A stretch of 64,000 nucleotides of DNA from an uncultured Solirubrobacteraceae bacterium (GTDB lineage Bacteria; Actinomycetota; Thermoleophilia; Solirubrobacterales; Solirubrobacteraceae): positions 40,330 through 104,329 of the forward strand of contig CAVUFC010000028.1 in assembly GCA_963740605.1 (NCBI GenBank), read 5' to 3'. The position numbers and the translations under genes are program-made. This document shows positions 1 through 8,566 of the stretch, piece after piece (the stretch's first letter is position 1; the number at the start of each line of letters is the position of its first letter). The notes under the pieces are model-generated. The model did not search any database. It was not told where the DNA came from and saw nothing but the letters and a program-made list of their open reading frames with translations.

Positions 1-1
1 C

Positions 2-769
2 GGCGACTATCCCTCGATGGTCGAGACCTTCCTGCTCCCGCTCGGCCCGCACCTGGTCGACGCGGCTGAGATCACCGCCGGCACGCGCGTCCTCGACGTC
101 GCCGCCGGCACCGGGAACGCCTCGGTCGTAGCTGCTCAGCGCGGCGCCGACGTCGTCGCCAGCGACCTCGTCCCCGATCTGCTCGAGGCCGGCCGGCGCC
201 GTGCCGAGGCGGCCGGCGTGAACGTGAACTGGGTCCAGGCCGATGCCGAGGCGCTGCCGTTCGACGACGCGTCGTTCGAGGTCGTGATGTCGAGCATCGG
301 CGTGATGTTCGCGCCGCACCATCAGGTGGCCGCCGACGAGATCTTCCGCGTCTGCCGCCCGGGCGGCAGGATCGCCCTGCTGAGCTGGACGCCCGACGGC
401 ATGCTCGGCTCGCTGTTCCGGATGATGGGCCAGTTCGCCCCGCCGGCTCCGGCCGGCGCGGAGCCCCCGCCGCTCTGGGGCAGCGAGGAGCACCTGCGCG
501 GCCTGTTCGGTGATCGCCTGCAGGTCACGCGCCAGTACCGCGACGTGCTGCAGGTCACCGCGTTCGAGCGCGCGACCGACTACGGCGAGCACTTCAAGGC
601 CCGCTACGGCCCGACGATGGCGATCCGCGCGAACGCCGAGAAGAACGGGCTCACGGACGAGTTCGACGCCGCATTCGACGCACTCTGCGCCGAGTGGAAC
701 CGCGGCACCGACGACCAGGCGCGCTTCGAGATGCAGTACCTGGTGACCGTCGGGACCGTCGTCGGCTAG
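2..769 (+). CDS. class I SAM-dependent methyltransferase (5' end probably outside window)
   Basis: ORF 17..769. SAM motif I VLDVAAGTGN, then DAEALPFDDASF and RPGGRIALLSWTP. The frame stays open to the window edge (GDYPS before the ATG). Confidence 0.8.
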   Translation, partial: GDYPSMVETFLLPLGPHLVDAAEITAGTRVLDVAAGTGNASVVAAQRGADVVASDLVPDLLEAGRRRAEAAGVNVNWVQADAEALPFDDASFEVVMSSIGVMFAPHHQVAADEIFRVCRPGGRIALLSWTPDGMLGSLFRMMGQFAPPAPAGAEPPPLWGSEEHLRGLFGDRLQVTRQYRDVLQVTAFERATDYGEHFKARYGPTMAIRANAEKNGLTDEFDAAFDALCAEWNRGTDDQARFEMQYLVTVGTVVG

Positions 770-1695
770 AAATCACCGCCGCCGAAGTCCCCGCCCGCGC
801 CGAAGTCTCCGCCGCCGAAGTCGCCACCGCCGTCTCCCGGCCCGTTGTCCCAGAAGCCGCCGAGCGCTTCGCCGATGAACAGCCCCGGGAGGAGACCGGG
901 GCCGAAGAAGCCGCCCATGAACGGCGCGTACATCGGCCCGGCGCTGTAATACGGCATCGACTGGCCGCCGACGGTGACCTCCCGGGTCTCCGGAAGCAAC
1001 CCGCGTTCGACGCGCTGGGCGTCGGCCTCGCAGGCGGGGACTTCGCGCGGTGCGCCGCCGGGCGGCGTCCACTCGACGTCGCGGGTGGACGGGCCGTGGC
1101 GTGGGTCGAAGAAGCACGGTGGGCGGCGCTCAGGCGGCTCGCGGCCATCGAGGCGGGCGCGGGACGACTCCATCGCCCAGCGGCCCTCCTCGAGCGCCTC
1201 GCCGACCGGGGCCAGGTCGCCCGGGGCGCGCGACTGCTCCCACGCCGTGTTGGCGCGGTCGTAGGCGTTGACGGCACGCTCGTAGTCCTCGCGCACCGGC
1301 TCGGCGAGGCCCGGTATCTGCACATCGAGATCGAGCGCGCGGATGTCGTCGCCGAGCGCGACGAGGTCGTCGCGGGCGTTCTCCTTGACCTCGGCGAACG
1401 CGGCGGCGTCGCGCTCGCGCCGCCGGCGACGGCTGAGCAGCAGCGCGCCGCCGCCGACCGCGGCTGCCCCGATCAGGATCAGCGCGCCGAAGTCGGGTCC
1501 GCCTCCCCCGCCGCCGGAGTCGCCGATCGTCGCCATCCGATCGAGCCAGTCCTGGATCACGATCTGCGGGCCGTTCGGGTCGAGGTAGACGGTGTCGTTC
1601 TGCAGCGCGTCGATCGCGTCGTCGACCGGGCTCTGCGCGAGCGCCGCCGGCGAGCACATCAACAGCGCCGCGAGGCTGATCAGGAGGGCGCGCAC
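766..1695 (-). CDS. hypothetical membrane protein with signal peptide and Gly-rich GGDF-repeat C-terminus
   Basis: N-terminal MRALLISLAALLMCSPAALA, internal TM followed by an RRRRRER stop-transfer, C-terminal GGGDFGGGDFGAGGDFGGGDF. No family recognised. Confidence 0.6.
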   Translation of the reverse strand: MRALLISLAALLMCSPAALAQSPVDDAIDALQNDTVYLDPNGPQIVIQDWLDRMATIGDSGGGGGGPDFGALILIGAAAVGGGALLLSRRRRRERDAAAFAEVKENARDDLVALGDDIRALDLDVQIPGLAEPVREDYERAVNAYDRANTAWEQSRAPGDLAPVGEALEEGRWAMESSRARLDGREPPERRPPCFFDPRHGPSTRDVEWTPPGGAPREVPACEADAQRVERGLLPETREVTVGGQSMPYYSAGPMYAPFMGGFFGPGLLPGLFIGEALGGFWDNGPGDGGGDFGGGDFGAGGDFGGGDF

Positions 1696-2114
1696 AGCTT
1701 GCGCAGTCGCTCGAGATCTTCCGTGAGCTTCTGCTCCAGCCGTGGCTGGATGATCGGAACGAGCATCCGCGCGGTCAGGCCGCTGGGCTTGGCGTCGACC
1801 GACTGTGTGAGCCGCGTCCCGCCGCCCGTGGCCGTGAGCGCGTACGCGTTGACGACCTCGATCCCGTTCGTCGAGAAGACCGTCTCGGCCCCGTTCGGCG
1901 GGTCATACGACGTGATCTCCAGCTCGACGTCGATCCGCCGGCCGCTGATCTCGAGCACCTGGCGCACGTGCGAGCCCCGGCCGAGCGTCCCGTCGACCTG
2001 TGAGTAGCTCTCGAGGTTGCCCGTCCACTGCGGCACCTTGTCCTCTTCGAGCAGCCACGGGAAGACCTCCGCGGGCGGCAGCGGGATCTCGACGCTGTAC
2101 GAGAAGCTAGCCAC
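1680..2114 (-). CDS. SRPBCC (polyketide cyclase/dehydrase-like) family protein
   Basis: VASFSYSVEIPLPPAEVFPWLLEEDKVPQWTG is a typical SRPBCC N-terminus. GTG at 2114 chosen because it precedes this motif; the ORF-track start at 2240 gives an implausible Arg/Pro leader. Confidence 0.7.
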   Translation of the reverse strand: MASFSYSVEIPLPPAEVFPWLLEEDKVPQWTGNLESYSQVDGTLGRGSHVRQVLEISGRRIDVELEITSYDPPNGAETVFSTNGIEVVNAYALTATGGGTRLTQSVDAKPSGLTARMLVPIIQPRLEQKLTEDLERLRKLCAPS

Positions 2115-2415
2115 CGGCGGGATTGGCGATCGGGTCGGGCAGGTGCACCCAGTCGGCGTCGGGGCCCTCGGGCTTGCGGCCCTCGATGCGCACCGGATGG
2201 CCGGGGTTGCCGACGACGGTCGAGTTCGGCGGGACGTCATGGATCACGACCGCGGTGGCGCCGATCTTGGCGCCGTGGCCGATCGTGATCGGCCCGAGCA
2301 GCTTCGCCCCGGGGGTGGCGGCGACGTTCGTGGCAGCCGCGTCGCGCTCGTAGGCGGCGCCGACGTCCCGGCGCACCTCACCCGCGGTCCGGCGCACAGT
2401 GCCGAGGCCCAACAT
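2107..2415 (-). pseudogene. serine O-acetyltransferase (CysE) C-terminal fragment
   Basis: 102-aa ORF. The last ~65 aa, GAKLLGPITIGHGAKIGATAVVIHDVPPNSTVVGNPGHPVRIEGRKPEGPDADWVHLPDP, match the hexapeptide-repeat C-terminus of CysE. There is no room for the N-terminal half because the upstream gene stops at 2426. Confidence 0.5.
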
Positions 2416-2425
2416 CGGCTAAAGC

Positions 2426-3247
2426 CTACGCGTCGCCGCAGTCAGGGCAGTCGTCACGGCGCTTGACCGTCACACGCAGGAAGTCGTGGGTGGCGAGGTC
2501 GATCTGCAGGAACGCGCCGGTCAACGCCGGGAGCCCGGCCAGCAGCTTCAGCGCCTCGAGCGCCTGCAGCGACCCGACCACGCCCGCCGCCGGACCGAGC
2601 ACCCCCGCCTCCGCGCACGTCGCCACCGCACCGTCCGGCGGGGCCTGCGGAAACGCGCACCGGTAGCAGGCGCTCTCCCCCGGGCGGATCGCCATCACCA
2701 GCCCGCTCATGCCGACGACGCCACCCTCCACCAGCGGGATGCCCGCCGCGCAGCAGGCAGCGTTGATCGCGTACCGGGTGGCGAACGCGTCGGTGCAGTC
2801 GACGACGAGGTCGATGTCCTCGAGCATCGCCTCGTTGAACGCCGCCTGGTACGGCTCGATCACGATGTCGGGGTTGAGGAAGCCGAGCTTGGACACCGCG
2901 CTGTGCGCCTTCGGCACGCCCACGTCGGGCGTGAAGTGCAGGTGCTGGCGGTGCAGGTTGGAGACCTCGACGTCGCCGTCGTCGACCACGCCGAGGCGAC
3001 CGACCCCTGCGCCGGCGAGGTAGGTCGCGACCGGCGAGCCGAGCGCCCCCGCGCCGACGACCAGCACGCTCGCGTCTTCGAGCGCGCGCTGGGCGGCCTC
3101 GCTCCACTGCGGCAGCACGAGCTGGCGCGAGTAGCGCTCAACCGCAGAGGGGGTCAGACCCCTTGAGTCGGGGGCACTCAAGGGGTCTGACCCCTTGGGT
3201 AGTGCAGCGCCCACCAAACCCTTGAGAAACGCGCGCCGCTCACTCAT
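2426..3247 (-). CDS. ThiF/MoeB-family adenylyltransferase (no rhodanese domain)
   Basis: RYSRQLVLPQW, VVGAGALGSP Rossmann motif, SNLHRQ, CYRC...CPDC zinc motif. ATG at 3247 overlaps the upstream TGA (ATGA). Confidence 0.85.
   Translation of the reverse strand: MSERRAFLKGLVGAALPKGSDPLSAPDSRGLTPSAVERYSRQLVLPQWSEAAQRALEDASVLVVGAGALGSPVATYLAGAGVGRLGVVDDGDVEVSNLHRQHLHFTPDVGVPKAHSAVSKLGFLNPDIVIEPYQAAFNEAMLEDIDLVVDCTDAFATRYAINAACCAAGIPLVEGGVVGMSGLVMAIRPGESACYRCAFPQAPPDGAVATCAEAGVLGPAAGVVGSLQALEALKLLAGLPALTGAFLQIDLATHDFLRVTVKRRDDCPDCGDA
3150..3194. repeat. perfect 19-bp inverted repeat with 7-nt spacer (45 bp) inside the thiF/moeB 5' coding region
   Basis: GGGGTCAGACCCCTTGAGT cgggggc ACTCAAGGGGTCTGACCCC, read directly. 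The length is a multiple of three. Confidence 0.9.
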
Positions 3248-3453
3248 CGGCGCACGATCGTGACGAGGGCGCCGCTGACCTGCACGTTGTGGCCCGCGTC
3301 GGCAGCCGACCGCGGGACGTTCTCGAGCGCCTCGCCCTCCGGGCAGCGGACCTCGAGCGCCTCGCCGGGCGTGAGCTTCTCGAGCTCGAGCTTGGTTCGG
3401 ACCCAGGTCATCGGGCACGTCAGGTCCGTGATGTCCAGCGTTCGGACCGCCAC
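3244..3453 (-). CDS. TusA/SirA-family sulfurtransferase
   Basis: 69 aa from GTG 3453. LDITDLTCPMTWVRTKLELEKL fits the TusA CPxP-type active-site region. The rest of the long ORF 3244..4590 is Arg-rich shadow. Confidence 0.7.
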   Translation of the reverse strand: MAVRTLDITDLTCPMTWVRTKLELEKLTPGEALEVRCPEGEALENVPRSAADAGHNVQVSGALVTIVRR

Positions 3454-3474
3454 GCGGGTTACGGTAGCGATCGG

Positions 3475-4029
3475 ATGGCGCGCAGTTTCCTGATCCTGCA
3501 CGGCCTGGAGGGATCCGGGCCGGGCCACTGGCAGACCTGGCTCACTGCTCGCCTCCGGGCCGACACCGAACGCGTCGCCTACCCCGATCTCCCGGACGCC
3601 GACATGCCGTCGCTGCACTCCTGGCGCGACGCGCTGGACGGCGAGCTCGCCGCGCAGCCCGACGTCGAGACCGTGGTCGTCTGCCACTCGCTCGCCTGCC
3701 TGCTGTACCTGCACCATGTCGCCGACGGAGGAGCGCAGGCCGATCGCGTGCTGCTCGTCGCGCCGCCGTCCGAGGGCGCCGGCCTGCCCCAGATCGCGGC
3801 CTTCTTCCCCGCGCCGCTGCCCGCGCTCCAGGCTGGCAGCGCCCGGCTGGTCTGCTCCGACAACGACCCGTACTGCCCGGAGGGCGCGGCGACGCTGTAC
3901 GGCGCGCCGCTCAGCATCCCGGTGGACCTCATTCCCGGCGGCGGACACCTGAACCCCGAGGCCGGCTATGGGCCGTGGCCCGCGGTCGAGGCGTGGTGTC
4001 TTGGCAGCGACGCGCCGATCAGCGGCTGA
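3475..4029 (+). CDS. alpha/beta serine hydrolase (YdeN/RBBP9-like family)
   Basis: MARSFLILHGLEGSGPGHWQTW..., nucleophile elbow CHSLAC, C-terminal GGGHLN. ATG at 3475. Confidence 0.75.
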   Translation: MARSFLILHGLEGSGPGHWQTWLTARLRADTERVAYPDLPDADMPSLHSWRDALDGELAAQPDVETVVVCHSLACLLYLHHVADGGAQADRVLLVAPPSEGAGLPQIAAFFPAPLPALQAGSARLVCSDNDPYCPEGAATLYGAPLSIPVDLIPGGGHLNPEAGYGPWPAVEAWCLGSDAPISG

Positions 4030-5077
4030 GCGCGAGCACGAGCTCCCGGATCGCCCCCGGATAGCGGTAGGTGAGGCCGCCGTGCTTGCCGTCGAACAGG
4101 TCGATCGTGTGCGCCACGCCGAGGGCCTCGAGCTCGTGCGCGAACGCCTGCGCCCCGAGATCGAGGTAGTACTCGTCGCTGCGGCCCGCGTCGAGATAGA
4201 TGCGCCGCATCGAGCGCAGCGCTGCGGCATGCGGACGCGCCATCCGCACCGGGTCCTTGTCGAGCCACTGGGCCCACACGTCGTCGTGCAGGCGACCGGT
4301 CGCGATGTCGAACGGCAGCAGCGCCTTGCCCGGCTGCCCGGGATCGGGCGAGTACGCGGCCGCGTAGCCGTACATCTCCAGCGGCGCGGCGAGCTTGGCC
4401 CAGTCCACGTGGTCGGCCTTCGCGAGCCGCTCGAAGAAGACCTCGTACGAGCCGTCGTGGTGGTCGCGCAGCGCGCGGGCGACCTGCGGGAACTCCGGCA
4501 CGTAGCACGCCTCGAACAGCGCGTCACCGGCGTGCGAGGCGAGCGCGCCGAACACGTCCGCCCGCACCATCGGCACGACCATCGCGCCATACCCGCCGGA
4601 CGACTTGCCGGTGAGCGCGCGCGACTCGCGGTCGGCCAGCGCCGGGTACCGGTCCTCGACGAACGGGACGACCTCGTCGCACAGGTAGTCCTGGTAGCGG
4701 CCGAGCCCGAGCGAGTTCAGGAACTGCGAGCCGCCGTAGGACGTCCAGCAGTCGACGAACACGACCAGCGCGTCAGGGCAGTCGCCGGTCGCGAACATCG
4801 CGTCGATCCGCTCGACCATCCCGAGCTCGAGCGCGGTGCGGTTGAGCCACATGTCGATCTGGCCCGTGTAGCCCTGGATCACGTAGACGACGGGCAGCGC
4901 CCGCGGGTGGTCGAGCTCGACCCCGGGCGGCCGGTAGACGTACAGCGGCCGGCGTGACGGATCGCCCAGCGGGTTGTCCGCCAGGAGCTCGGATTCGACG
5001 ACGAGACGGTCGAGCGTGCCGTGCATCGGCCGCTCCCACGGCGCGCCCGCCGGACCTTCAACTTCGCGCAGTGCCAT
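4019..5077 (-). CDS. esterase family protein (putative esterase / enterochelin-esterase-like fold)
   Basis: GKSSGGYGA nucleophile elbow, PVVYVIQGYTG, DAGRSDEYYLD. ATG at 5077. Confidence 0.75.
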   Translation of the reverse strand: MALREVEGPAGAPWERPMHGTLDRLVVESELLADNPLGDPSRRPLYVYRPPGVELDHPRALPVVYVIQGYTGQIDMWLNRTALELGMVERIDAMFATGDCPDALVVFVDCWTSYGGSQFLNSLGLGRYQDYLCDEVVPFVEDRYPALADRESRALTGKSSGGYGAMVVPMVRADVFGALASHAGDALFEACYVPEFPQVARALRDHHDGSYEVFFERLAKADHVDWAKLAAPLEMYGYAAAYSPDPGQPGKALLPFDIATGRLHDDVWAQWLDKDPVRMARPHAAALRSMRRIYLDAGRSDEYYLDLGAQAFAHELEALGVAHTIDLFDGKHGGLTYRYPGAIRELVLALSR

Positions 5078-5100
5078 TACGCGAACGCTACCGTTCGGAG

Positions 5101-6264
5101 ATGCCCCGAATTCTTGTCGCCGTCGTTCTGGCGTTCGCCGTCCTTGCCGTCCCGGCCTCCGCGGCCCCGAAGAAAGGCCCCGGCGGAGCCGGCTTCTACA
5201 AGCCACCGAAGCATCTGAGGGGCACGCACGGCGGGCTGATCTGGGTGCACAAGCAGACCGGGAAGGACGCGCTGAAGGGCGCACGCAACGAGCTCCTCCT
5301 CTATCGCTCAAAGGATCTCAGCGGCAAGGTGACCGCGGTGTCGGGCTCGGTCGCGATCCCGAAGGGCAAGGCCCCGAAGGGCGGCTGGCCGATCATCACG
5401 TACGCCCACGGGACGACCGGCGCGGCAGACGCCTGCGCGCCGACCAAGGGCTACGACAAGGACAAGCTCACCAGCTATGCGTTCCCGCTGCTGAAGCGCT
5501 GGATCAAGGCCGGCTACGCGGTCGTGCGAACCGACTACGACGGGCTCGGGACCCCGGGCGTGCACCAGTACCTGGTCGGCGCGTCCGAAGGCCGGAGCGT
5601 GCTCGACGCCGTGCGGGCCGCCCGCGCGTTCGACGGCAAGCTGTCCAAGCGCTACATGATCGCGGGGCACTCGCAGGGCGGTCATGCCGCGCTGTTCGCC
5701 GCCGCGGCAGCGCCGAAGTACCTGCCCGAGCTCAAGCTGCGCGGCACGGTCGCGTTCGCGCCCGCCTCGCATCTGAAGTCGCAGTTCCAGCTGAGCACCT
5801 CGATCGCGGCTCCCGTCGGCGGCCTCGGGGCGATCATCGGGTTGGGCCTGCGCGCGATCGATAGTTCCGACTCCAGCCTGGGCGTGCCGAACTTTCTGAC
5901 GCCGGAGGCGCTGGCGCTGTACCCGCAGACCAAGACGGCCTGTTACGACGCGCTGAGTAAGCCGGCCTCGTTCGGCGGCCTGCCGCTCAACGACATCCTC
6001 AAGTCCGGCACGGACCTGACCGCACTGCTCAACGCCGTCGGCGAGAGCGACCCGGAGCACCTGCGGATGAAGACGCCGGTGCGGATCGAGCAGGGCACCG
6101 GCGACGGGACCGTTATCCCCTCGTTCACGCAGCAGCTCGTCGACGAGTACAAGCAGAACGGCGTGAGCGTCGTCTACAAGACGTACGACGGCGTCAGCCA
6201 CGGCGGCGTGGTCGACGCGGCCGCGAAGGACTCCACCAACTACATCAACAGCCGGCTCAAGTAG
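5101..6264 (+). CDS. secreted lipase (LIP / secretory lipase family)
   Basis: Signal peptide MPRILVAVVLAFAVLAVPASA, GHSQGGHAA elbow, typical LIP-family layout. Confidence 0.7.
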   Translation: MPRILVAVVLAFAVLAVPASAAPKKGPGGAGFYKPPKHLRGTHGGLIWVHKQTGKDALKGARNELLLYRSKDLSGKVTAVSGSVAIPKGKAPKGGWPIITYAHGTTGAADACAPTKGYDKDKLTSYAFPLLKRWIKAGYAVVRTDYDGLGTPGVHQYLVGASEGRSVLDAVRAARAFDGKLSKRYMIAGHSQGGHAALFAAAAAPKYLPELKLRGTVAFAPASHLKSQFQLSTSIAAPVGGLGAIIGLGLRAIDSSDSSLGVPNFLTPEALALYPQTKTACYDALSKPASFGGLPLNDILKSGTDLTALLNAVGESDPEHLRMKTPVRIEQGTGDGTVIPSFTQQLVDEYKQNGVSVVYKTYDGVSHGGVVDAAAKDSTNYINSRLK

Positions 6265-7204
6265 CCGTCGCGCGCTCGGGCTCGGGCGCAAAGAAGGGTG
6301 TCGAGACGTAACGCTCGCCCGAGTCCGGCAGGACGACGGCGATCCGGGCGCCGCGCGCGTCATCGCGCGCGGCGATCTGGAGCGCGCCGGCGACCGCGGC
6401 GCCGCACGAGATCCCGCCGAGCACGCCTTCGCGACGGGCGACGAGGCGCGCCGTCTCGATCGCGTCCTCGTCGTCGATCGGGATGATCTCGTCGAGCAGA
6501 TCGCGGTCGAGCACGGGCGGTACGAACCCCGCGCCGATGCCCTGGATCTTGTGCGGGCCGGGCAGGCTGCCGGACAGCACGGCGGACGCCGCGGGCTCGA
6601 CGGCGACGATCTTGAGGCCCGGGTTGCGCTCCTTGAGGTACGCCCCGGCCCCGGTGATCGTGCCGCCGGTGCCGACGCCGGCGACGAGGTAGTCGATGCG
6701 GCCGTCGAGCGCTTCCCAGATCTCGGGTCCGGTGGTGCGCCGGTGAGCCTCGGGATTGGCGGGGTTGGAGAACTGGTCGGGCAGCCACGCGTCCGGACCG
6801 CTGGCGAGCGTCTGGGCGGCTGCAACGGCCTCGTTCATCCCGCCGAGCGACTCGGTGACCTGCACCTGGGCGCCGTAGAGGCGCAGCAGGCCCTCGCGCT
6901 CGCGGCTCATCCCCTGCGGGAGCGTGAGCACGAGGTCGTAGCCGCGGGCGGCGCACACGAACGCGAGCGCGATCCCGGTGTTGCCGCTGGTGGCCTCCAC
7001 GATCGTCGTGCGGCCCGGCTCGATGATCCCGTCGGCCTCCGCGGCCTCGATCATCGCGATGCCGATCCGGTCCTTGACCGATCCGCCCGGGTTGAGCATT
7101 TCGAGCTTGGCGAACAGCTCGACGCCGTCGGGCGCGATCCGCGTCAGCTGCACCATCGGCGTGTTGCCGATGTGATCGGCAATGTTGATCGGGATACCAG
7201 GCAT
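6257..7204 (-). CDS. cysK: cysteine synthase A (O-acetylserine sulfhydrylase)
   Basis: IGNTPMVQL, NPGGSVKDR (PLP lysine), TSGNTGIALA, GVGTGGTITG. Confidence 0.9.
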   Translation of the reverse strand: MPGIPINIADHIGNTPMVQLTRIAPDGVELFAKLEMLNPGGSVKDRIGIAMIEAAEADGIIEPGRTTIVEATSGNTGIALAFVCAARGYDLVLTLPQGMSREREGLLRLYGAQVQVTESLGGMNEAVAAAQTLASGPDAWLPDQFSNPANPEAHRRTTGPEIWEALDGRIDYLVAGVGTGGTITGAGAYLKERNPGLKIVAVEPAASAVLSGSLPGPHKIQGIGAGFVPPVLDRDLLDEIIPIDDEDAIETARLVARREGVLGGISCGAAVAGALQIAARDDARGARIAVVLPDSGERYVSTPFFAPEPERATAT

Positions 7205-7263
7205 TTGGCTGTCTCAGCCTATCGCTGGCAGCCGTATCCGTTCGCTAGCGTGCTCGGGCGGAG

Positions 7264-8184
7264 GTGTCCGGCTCCTACCTGACGTTCGCTGCGCGCCGCA
7301 TCGTGGCCGCGTTCCTGATCGCCGTGCTTGTCGCTGCGATCACGTTTCTGATGCTCCACGTCCTGCGACCGGAGTCGTTCTTCGATCCGCGCGCGCTTCC
7401 CGTTCAGCTCGGCGACTACCTCTGGAGCGCGTTCGCGCATCTCGACCTCGGGAACTCCCGTCAGCCGCCGTTCCGCCCGGTCAGTGACCTGATTTTCGAA
7501 CGCGTCGGCGCTGACCTGTCGCTGTTCATCGGCGCCGCCGTGTTCGGTGTGCTGGCGGGGATGGCCGGCGGCGTGGTGTGCGCGCGGTACCCCCGGTCCA
7601 TCCGCGCGTACGCCCTTCAAGGCCTCGCGACGTTCCTGATCTGCGCGCCGGTCTACTGGGTCGCGTTGCTGGTCATCCTGGCGTTCGGCAAGGGCATCGG
7701 CGTGGTCGTCGGGCTTCCGATCATCGACACCGGGCTCTACACGCCGCTGCGCGAGAACCCGGTCGCCTGGTTCGGCTACCTGCTCGTGCCGTGGATGGTC
7801 ACGGGCGCGCCGTTGGCGGCGATCTGCCTGCGGCTGACCGCCTCCGGGATGCGCGACATCGACGATGCCGACTTCATCCGCACCGCGTACGGCAAGGGGC
7901 TGTCGGGCAACCGGGTCGCGTTCCGGCACTCGCTTCCGGCCTCCGCGGCGCCGACGATTGCGTTCGCGGGGTCGTACGCGCCGCTCCTGGTCAGCAACGC
8001 GCTGCTCGTCGAGCAGGTCTTCAACATCCCGGGCGTGTTCCGCTCCACGACCGGAGCGATCAACAACGGCGACTTCGAGCTGCTGCAGGGGATGATCATC
8101 ATCGGAGCGGTGCTGGTCGTGTTCGGCAACCTGCTGGCCGATCTCGCCCTGGCGCGGCTCGACCCGCGCGTGCGGAATCAGTAG
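7264..8184 (+). CDS. ABC transporter permease (DppB/OppB-type), no partner genes adjacent
   Basis: Six hydrophobic segments, EAA-loop-like IRTAYGKGLSGNRVAFRHSL. GTG start. Confidence 0.8.
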   Translation: MSGSYLTFAARRIVAAFLIAVLVAAITFLMLHVLRPESFFDPRALPVQLGDYLWSAFAHLDLGNSRQPPFRPVSDLIFERVGADLSLFIGAAVFGVLAGMAGGVVCARYPRSIRAYALQGLATFLICAPVYWVALLVILAFGKGIGVVVGLPIIDTGLYTPLRENPVAWFGYLLVPWMVTGAPLAAICLRLTASGMRDIDDADFIRTAYGKGLSGNRVAFRHSLPASAAPTIAFAGSYAPLLVSNALLVEQVFNIPGVFRSTTGAINNGDFELLQGMIIIGAVLVVFGNLLADLALARLDPRVRNQ

Positions 8185-8525
8185 TTGCCGGAGAGGTAGT
8201 CCCAGGCGCGGCGGAGCTTGTCGTCGAGCCCGCCGGGCGTGAGGTCGTCCGGCTCCATGCTCGCGGGGTTCTGCCCGGGCCTGGGCAGCCGCTGCGCGGC
8301 CTGCGCGTCGAGGTTGAGCACGACGCCGCGCTCGTAGAGACGGTCGACGTCGGGCGCGTCGGCGAAGCAGTGGCCGTCGCCGGTGTCGACGATCACGCCG
8401 TCGAAGACGTCCACCTCGGGTACGGCGAGCACGTGCTCGACCGTGCCGATCTGCTGCCCGTCCGAGCTCATCACCGGCACGCCCTCGGTCAGGACGAGGT
8501 ACGAGACAGGGTCGCCGAGATCCAT
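8178..8525 (-). CDS. PRC-barrel domain protein
   Basis: VMSSDGQQIGTVEHVLAVPEVDVFDGVIV is a PRC-barrel-like pattern. ATG at 8525. Confidence 0.55.
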   Translation of the reverse strand: MDLGDPVSYLVLTEGVPVMSSDGQQIGTVEHVLAVPEVDVFDGVIVDTGDGHCFADAPDVDRLYERGVVLNLDAQAAQRLPRPGQNPASMEPDDLTPGGLDDKLRRAWDYLSGNY

Positions 8526-8566
8526 GAGAATCCGGAACCCTACCGCCGTCGCGTCACAATCTTCGG

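Noticed and set aside
7205-7263. GGCTG-tct-CAGCC palindrome in the cysK/permease divergent region, considered as a CymR/Rrf2-type operator.
   Set aside because: A 5-bp GC-rich half-site is not distinguishable from chance, and there is no second copy near the Rrf2 gene.
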